A stretch of DNA of 63,990 nt, the filler included, from Vezdaea acicularis (taxonomy: Eukaryota): assembly GCA_026025075.1 (NCBI GenBank). It is 4 parts of 4 records of this genome, joined end to end, with 100 filler letters (N's around TTAATTAATTAA, not from the genome) between each part and the next. Parts side by side here need not be neighbours in the genome. Positions count along the whole stretch, not along the records: positions 17,679 to 35,062 come from JAPEUI010000211.1; positions 35,163 to 52,540 come from JAPEUI010000212.1; 2 more parts are not named here. One strand, written 5' to 3'. Below the pieces are notes generated by a model. It worked only from the letters and a program-made list of their open reading frames with translations. It was not told where the DNA came from and searched no databases. Numbering within the stretch: position 1 is the first letter of the stretch; every line of letters starts with the position of its first letter. This document shows positions 24,476 through 35,983 of the stretch, one piece after another. The position numbers and the translations under genes are program-made.

Positions 24476-25023
24476 CTATTTCTTGAGCTCCTCATTGGCT
24501 GAGGCCTTGGTATCCTGAGCGGTGCCTGAAACGTAGTCGGCTGAAGGTTTATGTTAGCAAGATACGCAGGTGATTTTGAGTAGTGAGGGTCCTTACAGGC
24601 AGACTTGAGGGTATCGGAAGCATATTGAGCAGCGCCACCAATGGTGTTGGAGATGGAGTCTTGCATAGTGGAAGTCTGGTCCTTGCTGTGGTCCTTTTCG
24701 CGACCAGTCTTGTCTGCCAAAGACTGGGTAGTGGACTTCTCGCTATCTTAGGAAGATGTCAGAGTTGCCACATGAGTTGTCAGAGGAGAGCCTACCAGGA
24801 ACGACCTGACGAGCAGCCTTATCAGCAGTGTCGGTCACGGTCTCAGAAACCTTGTCATAGGTGGATTTGCTCGAATCCGGAGTGACCTTCTCCTGAGCCT
24901 TATCGCTGAAGTCTTTGCGTCTGGAGTCGACTGTCAGTTGATAGTCAAGGGAGAAAATTCTTATGAGGCAGGCAGAGCTGCCCATAACCGAGGTAAGGCA
25001 TGAACGTACAGAGAGTCAGACAT
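24476..25023 (-). CDS. HSP12: Heat shock protein 9/12 (Hsp12) family, 4 exons
   Basis: MSDS/RKDFSDKAQEKVTPDSSKSTYDKVSETVTDTADK...DSEKSTTQSLADK matches the Hsp9/Hsp12 signature. Confidence 0.9.
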
Positions 25024-25162
25024 GGTGAATGTGTAGTTGTTTGATGGTTTGATTGAAGATCGTAGGAAGGTTGAAAATGGCGGTTTGAAACTTGAAGATT
25101 GAAGATTGAAGGGTGAAGGGTGTGTGAGGTAGGAAGAAGGAAGAAATCAGAAAGGAGGAGTG

Positions 25163-25653
25163 CTTTTATGCCCCTCAGGTGTACGGCTGCCTGCTGCCCC
25201 ACTCGCTTATCAAAAATTCCATGGTCAACGTCATTGCCATGAAGGGCATGCACTTCAGAAGGGAAGGAATGCGTAGCAGCCATTCTTACGGCCCGAGCAC
25301 ACCCTCAATTACCTAGTTGCAGGGCGTTAGTAGCTTCCGAATGGAGTCCCTGATTGGATATTTTCATTAATGCCTCCATAGTCCAGAGTATCCTTGTAGG
25401 GTAAGGCTCTGTTCAGCTGGAAACGGTCTGTAAACATCTACGTCACTGCGGTTGTTCTCGAATCAAGCCACACGTCATATGTCTGTGGCGTACCGCAAGT
25501 GGCTTGCCGCAAATGGCTTGCTTTACCCCGCCATACCTTATCAATTTTGCGAATCACGCTCTGCGAAAAAGCCATCCGACGGAAAATCCTCTACTCGGCT
25601 TTGCCAGGATTGATAATGCGGGATGAACTCATTGGTCTTTCACTGTGACGTAA
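25163..25653 (-). promoter_or_regulatory. HSP12 upstream region with CRE/ATF-like sites, a STRE and a TATA-like element
   Basis: ACGTCA at 25228, 25440, 25472; TGACGTAA at 25646; on the minus strand AGGGG directly precedes CATAAAA (25164-25175). Confidence 0.5.
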
Positions 25654-28600
25654 ACCGGATCTCGTGAAACTTTGGATCGCGAAAGCCACACCTGATCGAT
25701 GCAAGCCATTGCTACGCTTATGCCGATTCGGACCCTGCATGCATGACATCCCCCACGCAACAACGGTCTGGCCGGGCCTTACCAGTTGGACGGAAATCGT
25801 CGGTCTCGACGTCTCGCCTTACCGAAGAAAGCCGATAAAAGTAACCCGTTTGTTTGTTGATATCACGTGCACGTGCACAGGCGCTCCGCGGTTCAACATT
25901 AATTGAAGATAATAATTCAACCTTACTTCGATCATGCATCTCACCCTGAAATCTAGAGTATATGTAGTGAAGGCGCTTTGGTTGCAAAGATAGGCACCAG
26001 AGATTGCTAGACTGACGAATAAGAGATAAGCTGAGTAGAAAGAAGCGTTTCCACCAAAGCTATGCATGCCAATGAGGTTGAAAGGAAAAAAGTGAGTTTG
26101 GTGGTGTGTATCAGTGTAGGAATTAGAGTCTCGGGGTAGCATCTTTGGCAGTTGCTGCTCTTTTTGCGCGAATGTGTAGAGATAATCGTGATGCCTTTCG
26201 TGTTGAATGGCATATGAGCCACCGCTGCGGAACTTGCTGCAGCTGAACCACACGCAGTCACAGGCCTTCAATTCGCGCGATGCTTTCCATTAGACCGTGC
26301 CAGGTTGAACCTGAATCAGCACAATCTAGTTCGAGTGACAGGTTGCAGTCAAAGGATCAGACTTTGGAGCGATCTCACTATTATTTTGAGTCAGTCGCAT
26401 TCTGTGGGATATGGTGTGTTTTAGCGGTTCCGTCTTCAACTTGGGGTTGTTGTGGCTTAGTTGGTTATGACGGTGAGGTTTTAAGTCGGGGCTTGTATCA
26501 ACTGCACGGGGGTTGGTACAGGTGTGCGTCTCCCTAGCTCGCCAATTACCGTCACTACACATTAAATTCTTCAGCTGGACGAGGTTCACCTTGCCCAAGA
26601 GGTCCGCAACCCCATTAATTTTTCTTTCCTGATAGTTTGTGACCTTCCTTTTGCTACTCTAGGAGCTGGACGGTGAAGAAAGGGTAGTAGATAGAGGCAG
26701 GTAGGTACCTGCTGGAGATCTCGAAGCGATCTCCCGGTACTTGGTTAGCCAAATGTGTTCAAGAACGCCAAGCTCTAGCAGCTTGATTCTGGGTTCGAAT
26801 CAAGCCCCCGACCGTTTTCTTTTTGCAAATTTGAACGAGTGCCTGCATTCATTAAGACCTCCAACGAGATCACCAGGTAAAATTTGCAGAGTGTCGATCG
26901 AGGCTAAATGCGAACCGCAGGATTAAGAAACCACGAAAGGGCCATGTATGTGAAAGTAAAGGAGTAAGAACACGTAGAAGAAGACGCTTCTAGAAGGAAG
27001 AGAATGCTGGGTGGTTCTATTTGAGTGCTAGGTAAAGTGCACTCAGGAGACATCAGGTACCAAATATTTCACCGATGGACATGGAGGCTCCCTTGCGCCA
27101 CTCTTTGGGCTACAGCATCAATGCGCCATGCTGGAATCCGACAGCTCTATCATTAAACAGTGGTCCCTCATAAAAGCAGGTCTCCAGGATGGGCCTTAGT
27201 ACATGATTCTACTTACGCGATCTCTCAGCAATTTAAAACTCTGAATGGCTTCAAATAAGTTCAGAGCAGTGACATGAGGCATGAATTCTAATGATAGCAT
27301 GGCGAACATCCTATCTCTTTTAAGGCAAAATTTAGAAAGAAATGATGATCCAAAATCCGGCAGGAGACTTTCACGGAGGCTTGCTTTAGGGTTTAACGCA
27401 TAGCCGCAATGACTATCTGCAGCAGACTGGAGCGATTAGGATCATGCTGCAGATCAAATGGGTCCTGAAACGTACTCGGAGGAAGTTGCCACTTCATTTC
27501 TGGGGCAATTACACAGGAAAAGGTGCTACGATCGTGATTCCGCCCGTCGCGTTGATACTCGTATGTGTCCTACGACGCTGCCTCCTGTGACACGGCGCCT
27601 CTTATCGATTGACCTCCGCATCTATCGCGGCAGAAGTATCGCCCCTGACCGTTTGGACTAGTCCGGCGTTTTCCTAGTCCGTGGCAACCCGGTTGCTCTT
27701 TCTGAGAGTGATTCGAGCCGGAAATTGCGTTGGGCGAGCACAAGAGCAATCTCCAGATCCCGCCCTCCGGCACCCGCGCCGTAACATTAAATGTCTCTAA
27801 TTCGGGGTTGGCAAGTGGCGCGCCCGTCCCTGATCTTCGCCGGCGCGATTGTGGCCTCTATCGCCCCTGAATATGACGTTAAGAGGGCCGCCTCAAGCCT
27901 CGACACTTATGTCACGAAATGTGTAAATTAGCTGTGCCGTTTCCATTCTGGACAGTGACCCACGCGAAACGCTAAGTTAGCGCTACCTCGATATAGTCAT
28001 CCGAAGCTAGCGAATGTTGCACTCTTCTCACGAAATCGGACGATCACGACCTATATTCATCAGAATAACTGATCAGCATTCACCGTGTCAGTTCTCGTCT
28101 GGGAAGAATTGATCATTAGTATTTTCGCTTCAATCAATTGAGGTCTTTTTCAAGCGCGTCTGGCAAAGGTAAGGACCGTGCTGATCTGTCGCCAACACTT
28201 GGACTATTTTAGAGTTTGATGATGCTAAAGTGCGGCTAGGTGGCGCGCACAAACCTTCGAAAAGCCTGCGATTTTGGACCGCAAAGATTGCTCTCCGGAT
28301 ACTGTAAGTGCGGAGTAGTCGCATGTCGGTACTTGTCATGTGCGTCATGGACCCTCAATCGCTGCACTTTTGACGGTACAGCCCTTGGACGGACGATAGA
28401 TCTGAGGGAAATGGCTTTGTCTTCTCACAATCTTCCGCTGTTTGTGTTACCTTTGAGCTTTCTCCACTTGTGGAGGAGCTTCATTTTTCATTGCCTTGTT
28501 ATGATATCTAGCAATGTTGCTGCCAGATACTTCGGGTGCTTTAGGGCCCGCATCGTTCAAAGTGTCTTAAACCTCGCGCTTCTCATTGGCGCCAAAGACA

Positions 28601-29799
28601 GCTCACAGAACTAAAGGTCACCCCCCTTTGGTCCCAAATCACACCGACGACTCGGTACAGCAATGAAGACCAATTGTGATGGCGATCAACTGCATGAACG
28701 AACGGAGTTCTCCATAACAGCCGCGTCAAAGGCGCAACAATGGATCTCAAGCCGGAGCTATACATGCGCTCGCCCCCGACAGCGTGTACTTTGACAGGCT
28801 TTCTCGGAATGTGGCTAATTGATTCGCCACTCACAGCTTGTGGGCTTGAAGAGGCGCTTCTGCGTCGTGGCTCTCGACCCTGGTATACTAAAAGGCGCCG
28901 AGTTGGGGCGCGAGCCAAGATCTGAAGAATCTCAGCTCGGATTGATACGACGGAGAGCAAGAGCTACCCCGGAGGAAGAAGAAAGTTGGAGAAGGTATGG
29001 TGCGGGTTTTGGGTTTGATTTGAGCAGGAGCGAGGCGATCATAACCGTGCTAGATAGTTGATTCTCGAGCCCAGTGACGAATTGACATGATACATCATTG
29101 TCCGCAGCGCAATAGTGTCTCCTCTTCAATATCGGGCGTTCGGGGGGGCACTCTGGTCCTTTATCCAGCGCTTCATGCTCTACTCTTGCCTGATTGCCGA
29201 GTGACACTCCTGCACCATGAGCCAGCTTCGTGCCAGGCAGATCCGGAGAATTGACGATACGCTGCCAGTGACGGTCGAGCCCCCTCTCACGACGCATGCT
29301 GCAGCCGCGCTGGCACGATAGTTGCACGCCGATCTGTTGTGGGAAGTACCGTCAGGGTATTTGAGCCCATCCCCGTCCACCTCTTCTCCGTCCATCCTCA
29401 CCGTACACCGACAGCTTTCTCCTTCAATTCTTTCTCTCCGTCCACATATCCATCCTCCTCCACGCCGCTCGTTCCCTCGTCCTGCACTCCTCACCTGTGC
29501 GGTGCCTCTCTGTGCCTGGCTGTGCGTCAGACGTGGTACTGCCTCTACCCGTGCGCATTGCTCCTGTGGGCGAGCGTCATTGGGCCTCCCGCCGCCCGAT
29601 CGAGCGTAGCACGCCGACGCGCCGACCGTTGGACATCTCATTTACCGACGGGAAGACCAAACGGCGGGCAGTCGCGAAGGAGTCGCACCGGCCAGACACG
29701 CAGAAAGGGCAGGAACGCGCGCGCGCACCAGCCAGCAAAGCGGCCGCGCAGGTGTCAGCCCCCAAGACGAAAAGGAACGGCCAACGGACCAGGACGGCA

Positions 29800-29850
29800 G
29801 TGGACGCCGTGGGACGCCGTGGGACGCCGTGGGACGCCGTGGGACGCCGT
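29800..29850. repeat. 10-bp tandem repeat (GGGACGCCGT) x5
   Basis: tggacgccgt gggacgccgt gggacgccgt gggacgccgt gggacgccgt seen directly. Confidence 0.95.
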
Positions 29851-30422
29851 GAGGGAAAGGGTCACCGCTCCGCGTCTCAGGGTCAAAGAGGCAAGCACTA
29901 ACGATTGTCCCTTCCCCTAGCGAGTAGCGAGAAGTCGCCCGCTGCCCACCAATTATTTTCCTCGAGTCGCAGACCTCCGAGCTGTCGCCCTCGCCCTTGC
30001 TAGCCCTGGGACGTCGTCCAGTCACCGCTCGTGGGTGAGAAACAGGTTCCCGGCCGAACTTTCCTCTGCCTAAAACCTTTGAGGGCCGTCGACGGCGGAA
30101 ACACAAAAGTGGTTCAGCCTTGCTCAATCTCTTTTCTCCATCATCAACACCACGCTCGTTGCCCTCAATTCATACCCTCTTTTCCCAATTATCTGGTGCA
30201 CCGGCTGCGACGTGTCGACGTTTCGACGTCTCGCTCCTAATCTCTCGTGAGGATCCGACCGCCCTAGCGACACGGACGTCGACGCGGCAAGCTGCCCGTT
30301 CACTTTTTTCGACCCAGGACAAGGACAACAAGGTCTGAAACTGGCAGCGTCTGCATTCCATCGCTGCTGCATGTCCTTCGCTCCTCCCCACGCACAACGG
30401 TTCCTGAATACCCAATAAAGTC

Positions 30423-33134
30423 ATGGCTCCAGCAGCGGTGCCACGGTTGCGAATACTCTCTGGTACGTGCTGATTCCTTTCCAATTTGTGTTGCGGTGGT
30501 GCATCTAGTGCTGCGGATCTTGTTGGCCCTGTCAATTGTCTCCACTTTTCTCGGGCAACCGTAGAACCGCGAAAGCTGCTGCGGTTGGATTTTCTTATCC
30601 ACGTCGGACACTTCTTGCTCTGCTCCCTTCACATCGCCATCATCATGGCTCATCTAGCTTACCGGAATCGTCGACTAACGAAGGCCTTCATAGTGGGCGG
30701 CAATGCGGTCTCAGCATTCTTATCATGGCGTCTTCAAGCTACGAATGCTTGCGATGTGACGCTGGTGTGGAAGTCGGGCTTTGACGCGGTCTCTCAATAC
30801 GGGATCTCGTTTCGGTATGGCCTCTTCATCTCAAGACCCAGGGCCTCCACTGATCCATCAACAATCTAGATCTAAGCAATTTGGCAATGAGCGTTTCAAA
30901 CCTCATGAAGGTGAGCTTGCACCTCCGTTCGATGATCGAAAACCCTCGTAATACTGATCACTTTATGAAGTTGTGCGGACCCCCGAGGAAGCCTCCGGAA
31001 AGGGTGCTTTCGACTACGTCCTTCTATGCGTTAAAGCTCTTCCTGATGTTTACGACCTTGCCTCGGTCATTGAATCTGTTGTGACGCCTCAGCATACTTG
31101 CATCCTCGTCAATACCACACATACACTTGGGGTCGAGTCCCACGTAGAGCAACGGTTCCCAACAAACGTGGTGCTATCGCTAGTCTCTGGGGCAGATCTC
31201 ACACAATTAGGACCAGCAGAATTTGAGCACGTGGGTGCAACAGATGTTTGGGTCGGCCCGGCCAACAAGAATCCATCGATACCAGCAAGCATACAGTCGG
31301 ATATGGCGGAAGCATTGGCAATGACCCTAAACTCGGGTCAAGTCGATTGCACGGTATCAGATAATATTCGACAGCAACAGTATGAGCGAATGATTGGGTA
31401 AGTAGCAGTTGTTTCCCATGAAGCGTTAATTGGCCCCTGACTGTGTATAGACCGATTGCCTTCCATCCATGCAGTGTAATATTCGAAACCTCGTCTCATA
31501 CCATTCTGATGGAAAAGATCGGAGTCCGGGATATGGTACTTGGAGTTATTGATGAACTATTGAGCGTGGCGAAAGCTCAAGGATGCACTTATCCTGCGGA
31601 CTTCAAAGATAAGACCGTTGCTTCAATGCTCAAGGCCGACTCGAATAGTATCATGTATCAGGACTTTCTTGCGAAGCGCCCAATGGAGGTGGAGACGTAT
31701 CTAGGGTCACCGATAAAGCTTGCCAAGCAAGTTGGCATATCGGTGCCACGGATTGAGACCCTGTACTCGGTTCTCCACCACCTTAATATTGTCAATCAAA
31801 CGAGAATTACAGCCAGTACTCCTACAATGGCGGCTCCACCGACGCCACGTCTAGCAAATGGCGCTTACCCTCGACCACCTATGAATGGCGCGAATGGCGT
31901 CAACGTGTTCAACGGAAATGGCAAGGGTCGAGCACCCTCGGGGATGGGCATGCCACCTCCTGGGGTACCTCCAGGGATGAGACGGGGTCCACCACCTATG
32001 AACGGATACGGACCACGTCCAATTGGGCCCAATGGATTCCCTCTTCGCGGACCTTCTTCACAGCAACCGAGACGCAATTCAGATGAAGCCGATGATTTGG
32101 GGGAATTCAGTCATCTGGTCCTATATGATAATCCTGCTGATGGTGGACCAGTGGATGGGAGCTACGAAGCGGGACCGTCAGCATCTGAGCTAGCGCTACG
32201 AGAACGGGAATTAATGCTACGTCAGCGAGAACTTGCTCTTCGCGAGCAAGAATTCCAGATCAGAAGAGGAGGCAGACGACCACCGCCGACGCCATCACAT
32301 CGCGGCGGGTTTGATGACGACGACGATGATGAGTACGTTGATCCCATGGCTGCACCGCAGGGTCCTCCTATCGACCCGGACAACTTCGACATGATGAGCG
32401 TTACCTCCAGAAGGACACGGAAAGCCCCAAGCGCAAGCCAACTACGGAAAAATCCCGAGAATGGTGGGACGTCGATGCGATCCAGCCAGCAGTTTATGAG
32501 ACAAGGATTCGGCGGCAGGAACCGGTCAAGCAAGATGATTGCCCAAAACACCATGGGCCTTCATGAGTCGTTGATGGATAATCCAATGATGGGCTATTCT
32601 TCCAACCGATATGGCGAGGTTGACAGAAAAGCGAGAAATGATGAATCGAGGACTAATTCTTTGACGGCCGCTCGCCTTGAAGAGTTGCATGGGGGCCCTG
32701 GCGCGATAGGAGGACCGTATCCTTCGCCGATGAATAGACGGACCAGTCAATCGCCCGGCAACCCCTTCCCGAATGGTGGCCCGGTCGGCAGACCGAATGG
32801 AAGGCCTTCGCCACCAAATGGTTATATGCCATCAAATGGTCGACCGTCCCCTCCAGGGGACATGCGGCAACCTGTACCTAGATATCCGAATGGACATGGA
32901 GTCCGGGGGCCTGTTTCGCAACAGGTGGAACAGCATGCTGGGGTGAGCAACCTCCATCCACCCAAAGGTCCTCAAAATGTACGAAGTCTGACTGGGAGTG
33001 CGAGTGCCAGCGCGGAGAGTGGTGATAGCGGAGCAAGTGCGAACATTGATTCGGAAAATTCTGCTCACAGCAGTCGAAGCTCTCTTGGTCATGCTCATCA
33101 AGCTCATCCAGTTCATCCAATTGGCGTTAGGTGA
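30423..33134 (+). CDS. SVL3: Ketopantoate reductase-like (ApbA/PanE fold) protein with long P/G-rich tail, Svl3/Pam1 type; 5 exons
   Basis: MAPAAVPRLRILS/VGGNAVSAFLSWRLQATNACDVTLVWKSG...FDYVLLCVKALPDVYDLA...SIMYQDF..RPMEVETYLGSPI. The true first exon is 30423-30462, followed by a 231-nt intron. Confidence 0.85.
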
Positions 33135-33971
33135 TAGACGGGTCATCTCCCCAACATATCGTTTCACTTGGGTCATTTCTCGGTTGCATCATTGGGTTTG
33201 AGCGGTTCCGGCATATAACATCCCACAACTTTTGCGCTCTGAACGGCGGCAGTAGCAGCGGCAGCAATTCGAAGCGTTAGAGCTTTCACTTTCGCAGGGC
33301 ATCTCTTACGGTTCATGATCTTCTGGCGTACCTACCTTTGCATATACATCTTGCGGTAGTCTCGTACGAGGCTCCGTCTTAAACTTAATGATTCGGTGAG
33401 GGGGAAAAAGGAAACTTAACGAATGCACAGATACGCAATACTCTGCTCGGGATGGGTCTGATGAGCGGTCACAGCCTAATGGTGAGGGATGGAGATGAAG
33501 TGGAGGAAGAAAAGAACACCCGAGTCCTACCATCCCGGACTCTTATGCTTCAGTACATATAAGGCATTACTTTTTATTTTACTCTCCAAGCAGCAGAAGG
33601 ATTATGTATCCTTTCCTCGACCAAGTCTTGGTTCCCCCAGCGCCCTTTCGTGTTTGTGATGCTTTTGCTTTCTCGTCGCGCTATTTGCATGGTCGCATGG
33701 CTCCTTGTCGAGCATGACATTGAGCTCCGACAGTTGCATCGTGGCAAAGTGTTGTCGCAGATGGTGGTATTGTCGTCGCTGTTCAGAAAAGCCGAGGGAG
33801 GAAAGAGATCTGTGACAAGTGCTGATGCTGCGGGCATCCGTGCTATTCGTTCGCCGGACTCGTGTCCATATTACCTAGAAGGGAACACTTTTTTTTCCGC
33901 TGTCGGGAATATCTGTTAGCTTTGGCGATGTGAAGAATAAAAAAAGTCATCTCCATAGCTGCGTTGCCCCT

Positions 33972-34101
33972 CACCCTCTGAGCAGAAAAGTTGGCACACC
34001 TCTCTCGCATTTGTCTAGAAGCGAGGTACCCTCCCCCACAGTTTTGCTGGGAAGACACCTCGCTAAGTTTTTGGTGTCTCAACTATTTTGCTCAGAGGGT
34101 G
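33972..34101. mobile_element. Putative MITE: 130 bp, 29-bp imperfect TIRs (CACCCTCTGAGCA...), 5-bp flanking direct repeat CCCCT
   Basis: Left arm CACCCTCTGAGCAGAAAAGTTGGCACACC versus reverse complement of right arm CACCCTCTGAGCAAAATAGTTGAGACACC; CCCCT at 33967-33971 and 34102-34106; no coding capacity. Confidence 0.6.
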
Positions 34102-34323
34102 CCCCTTTGTTTATCGCCATTTGTGCTCTGTGCCGCGCCCACGTGACCGCGACGCGTTAACCCCGTCCGAACTATTTACTTTCCCCTCCTCAACTCCCCA
34201 CCAAACCCCTCATCACCACCCCACTACATAACCCTACTCTCCCCCACCCTACCCCCAATCGCATACTCCCATCCACCCTCACCCTCAAACACCAACCCAA
34301 CAAACCACCCCCCAACAAAAGCC

Positions 34324-34740
34324 ATGCCCCCGAACCCAAGCACAAACACCACGACCTCGCGCGCCAGCCTGGCCCCCAGCGCCATCAAACCGCGCCAACT
34401 CGCGCACCTGCACGCCCAACTCGCACAGCTGCAGGCGCATCTCAGCGATACGGAGAATTTGCTCAGGATGACGGCCGTGCAGGCCGGCTGTGTTAGGGAC
34501 TTGGGCGGGTGGACGGGGGGGATGTAGGTTTCTTCTTTTTTGGGGGGGAATATGAGAGGGAGGGAATTGGGCTGACGTTTGTGTGCAACAAATAGGTTCA
34601 TGGCGGCGAGTAAAGTGCTGGGCGAGGAGACGGTGGCGGGGGTGGATGAGAGGGCGAGGGGGGGTGGTAATGCTACTGCTGGTGGAGGTGCTGGGGGAGC
34701 TGCTCCTAAGGAGGGGGCGGGGGGGAAAGTAGGAGGGTAG
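34324..34740 (+). CDS. HSK3: DASH/Dam1 complex subunit Hsk3-like, 2 exons
   Basis: KPRQLAHLHAQLAQLQAHLSDTENLLRMTAVQA...GGM/FMAASKVLGEE is the Pezizomycotina Hsk3 pattern; intron with GCTGAC branch point. Confidence 0.85.
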
Positions 34741-35013
34741 AAGGGATGATGGGGAGCAGTAGAAGAAGAAGGAGGAGTAATGCGGAGAGGAAGGGGGTGG
34801 TAAAGTGGAGGGAGGAAGGGCTCAGCGCGGTTCAAGCCTAGACTCTGGCTCGTCTTTATAAGCACGAGCGTGCTTGCGGGTGGTGATTGTGCTATAAGTG
34901 CTGGAAGCTATGGTAGGGCGTGGAGCCGAGGCGTCACTTCAGGAGGAATAGGAGGGGAGAGAAAGGTGATATGGGTTATGGAGGGGCTCTGGGTTGTACC
35001 AGGGCGCTAGTCG

Positions 35014-35062
<49 letters not shown>

Positions 35063-35162
35063 NNNNNNNNNNNNNNNNNNNNNNNNNNNNNNNNNNNNNN
35101 NNNNNNTTAATTAATTAANNNNNNNNNNNNNNNNNNNNNNNNNNNNNNNNNNNNNNNNNNNN
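35063..35162. other. Artificial contig linker
   Basis: 44 N + TTAATTAATTAA + 44 N, preceded by a poly-C contig end. Confidence 0.97.
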
Positions 35163-35983
35163 GGTAGATAGCTCGCAGTATTCTTACATTTTTTTACTTT
35201 TCCTCTCTCGATCTTGATCTTGATCCGCTATAACTTTTGTTGCTACTAAGAAAATATCATAACCCCCTGAAAAAGAAGTGAACACTCAACTTTCGAGGAT
35301 GTTCCGAGATCACTGTGTTTGTCAGGGAAGTCACCAAACTGAGTGTGCAATTGAATTGCTGAGAGATTACGTCTCTCCTTACGAGTAAAGATTCTAGTGA
35401 TTAGCGAGAGTGATTGAATCGAGCTTACCGTGGCAGAATATGAGTCGTTCCAGAGCCCTACTTTTCGTCGCAAAAACATATCAACTACTACAAAAATAAG
35501 ATATGTCACAGGGTAGCCCATCTTTTATTTCAATTTTTAGACCATAACGTGTCGACTCGAGTCTGTCAATGTAGTTAGGTGTCTGAGACAATTTTAGAGA
35601 AGTGTTGTTGAGTTCCTGGGAATAAGGGGGACTTGAGATGGATATTGTGGGATGTCCACGAGGGGCTTTTTTGCGTAGTGAGCGTATGGCTTTAGGCCTT
35701 GAGACTTTTCGCATTTTCAGCATCTTTCTTAATTCTTCTAATATCGTAGAAGGCTTGAATTGGATTTATCATATTTTTTGACCGTGGTAAAATAGGTGGG
35801 GACGAGGGGAGACCTCATATTTCATTTGTAGGTTGAGTGAGCAAGGAAAGACTTTTGAGTTGTTACCATTCAAGCGACACAGGCATATATGGGCTTCAAG
35901 GCGTACTATCCATGCGAGTGGTATTCCCTTGCAGCAAGAATTTCTAGGTATTTTGAAGGCTATGGTGTCGACAGCATTGTGAG

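Noticed and set aside
26701..26735. U1 snRNA-like look (TACCTG...GATCTCGAAG resembling the U1-70K loop)
   Set aside because: The 5' ACTTACCTG, the loop II ATTGCAC and the Sm site are absent.
26741..26813. Intact tRNA (possible CTA anticodon)
   Set aside because: T-stem and acceptor stem cannot pair; kept only as a relic candidate.
29800..29850. CRISPR-like repeat array
   Set aside because: 10-bp units with no spacers in a eukaryotic context; a simple minisatellite.
34060..34101. RSS-like heptamer/nonamer (CACCCTC...CCAAAAACT) at the right end of the fold-back element
   Set aside because: Spacer is 20 nt rather than 12 or 23 and the left end has no equivalent; insufficient evidence.
35246..35723. 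Two overlapping minus-strand ORFs with splice-like signals near a contig start
   Set aside because: No recognisable domain and no consistent spliced model could be built.
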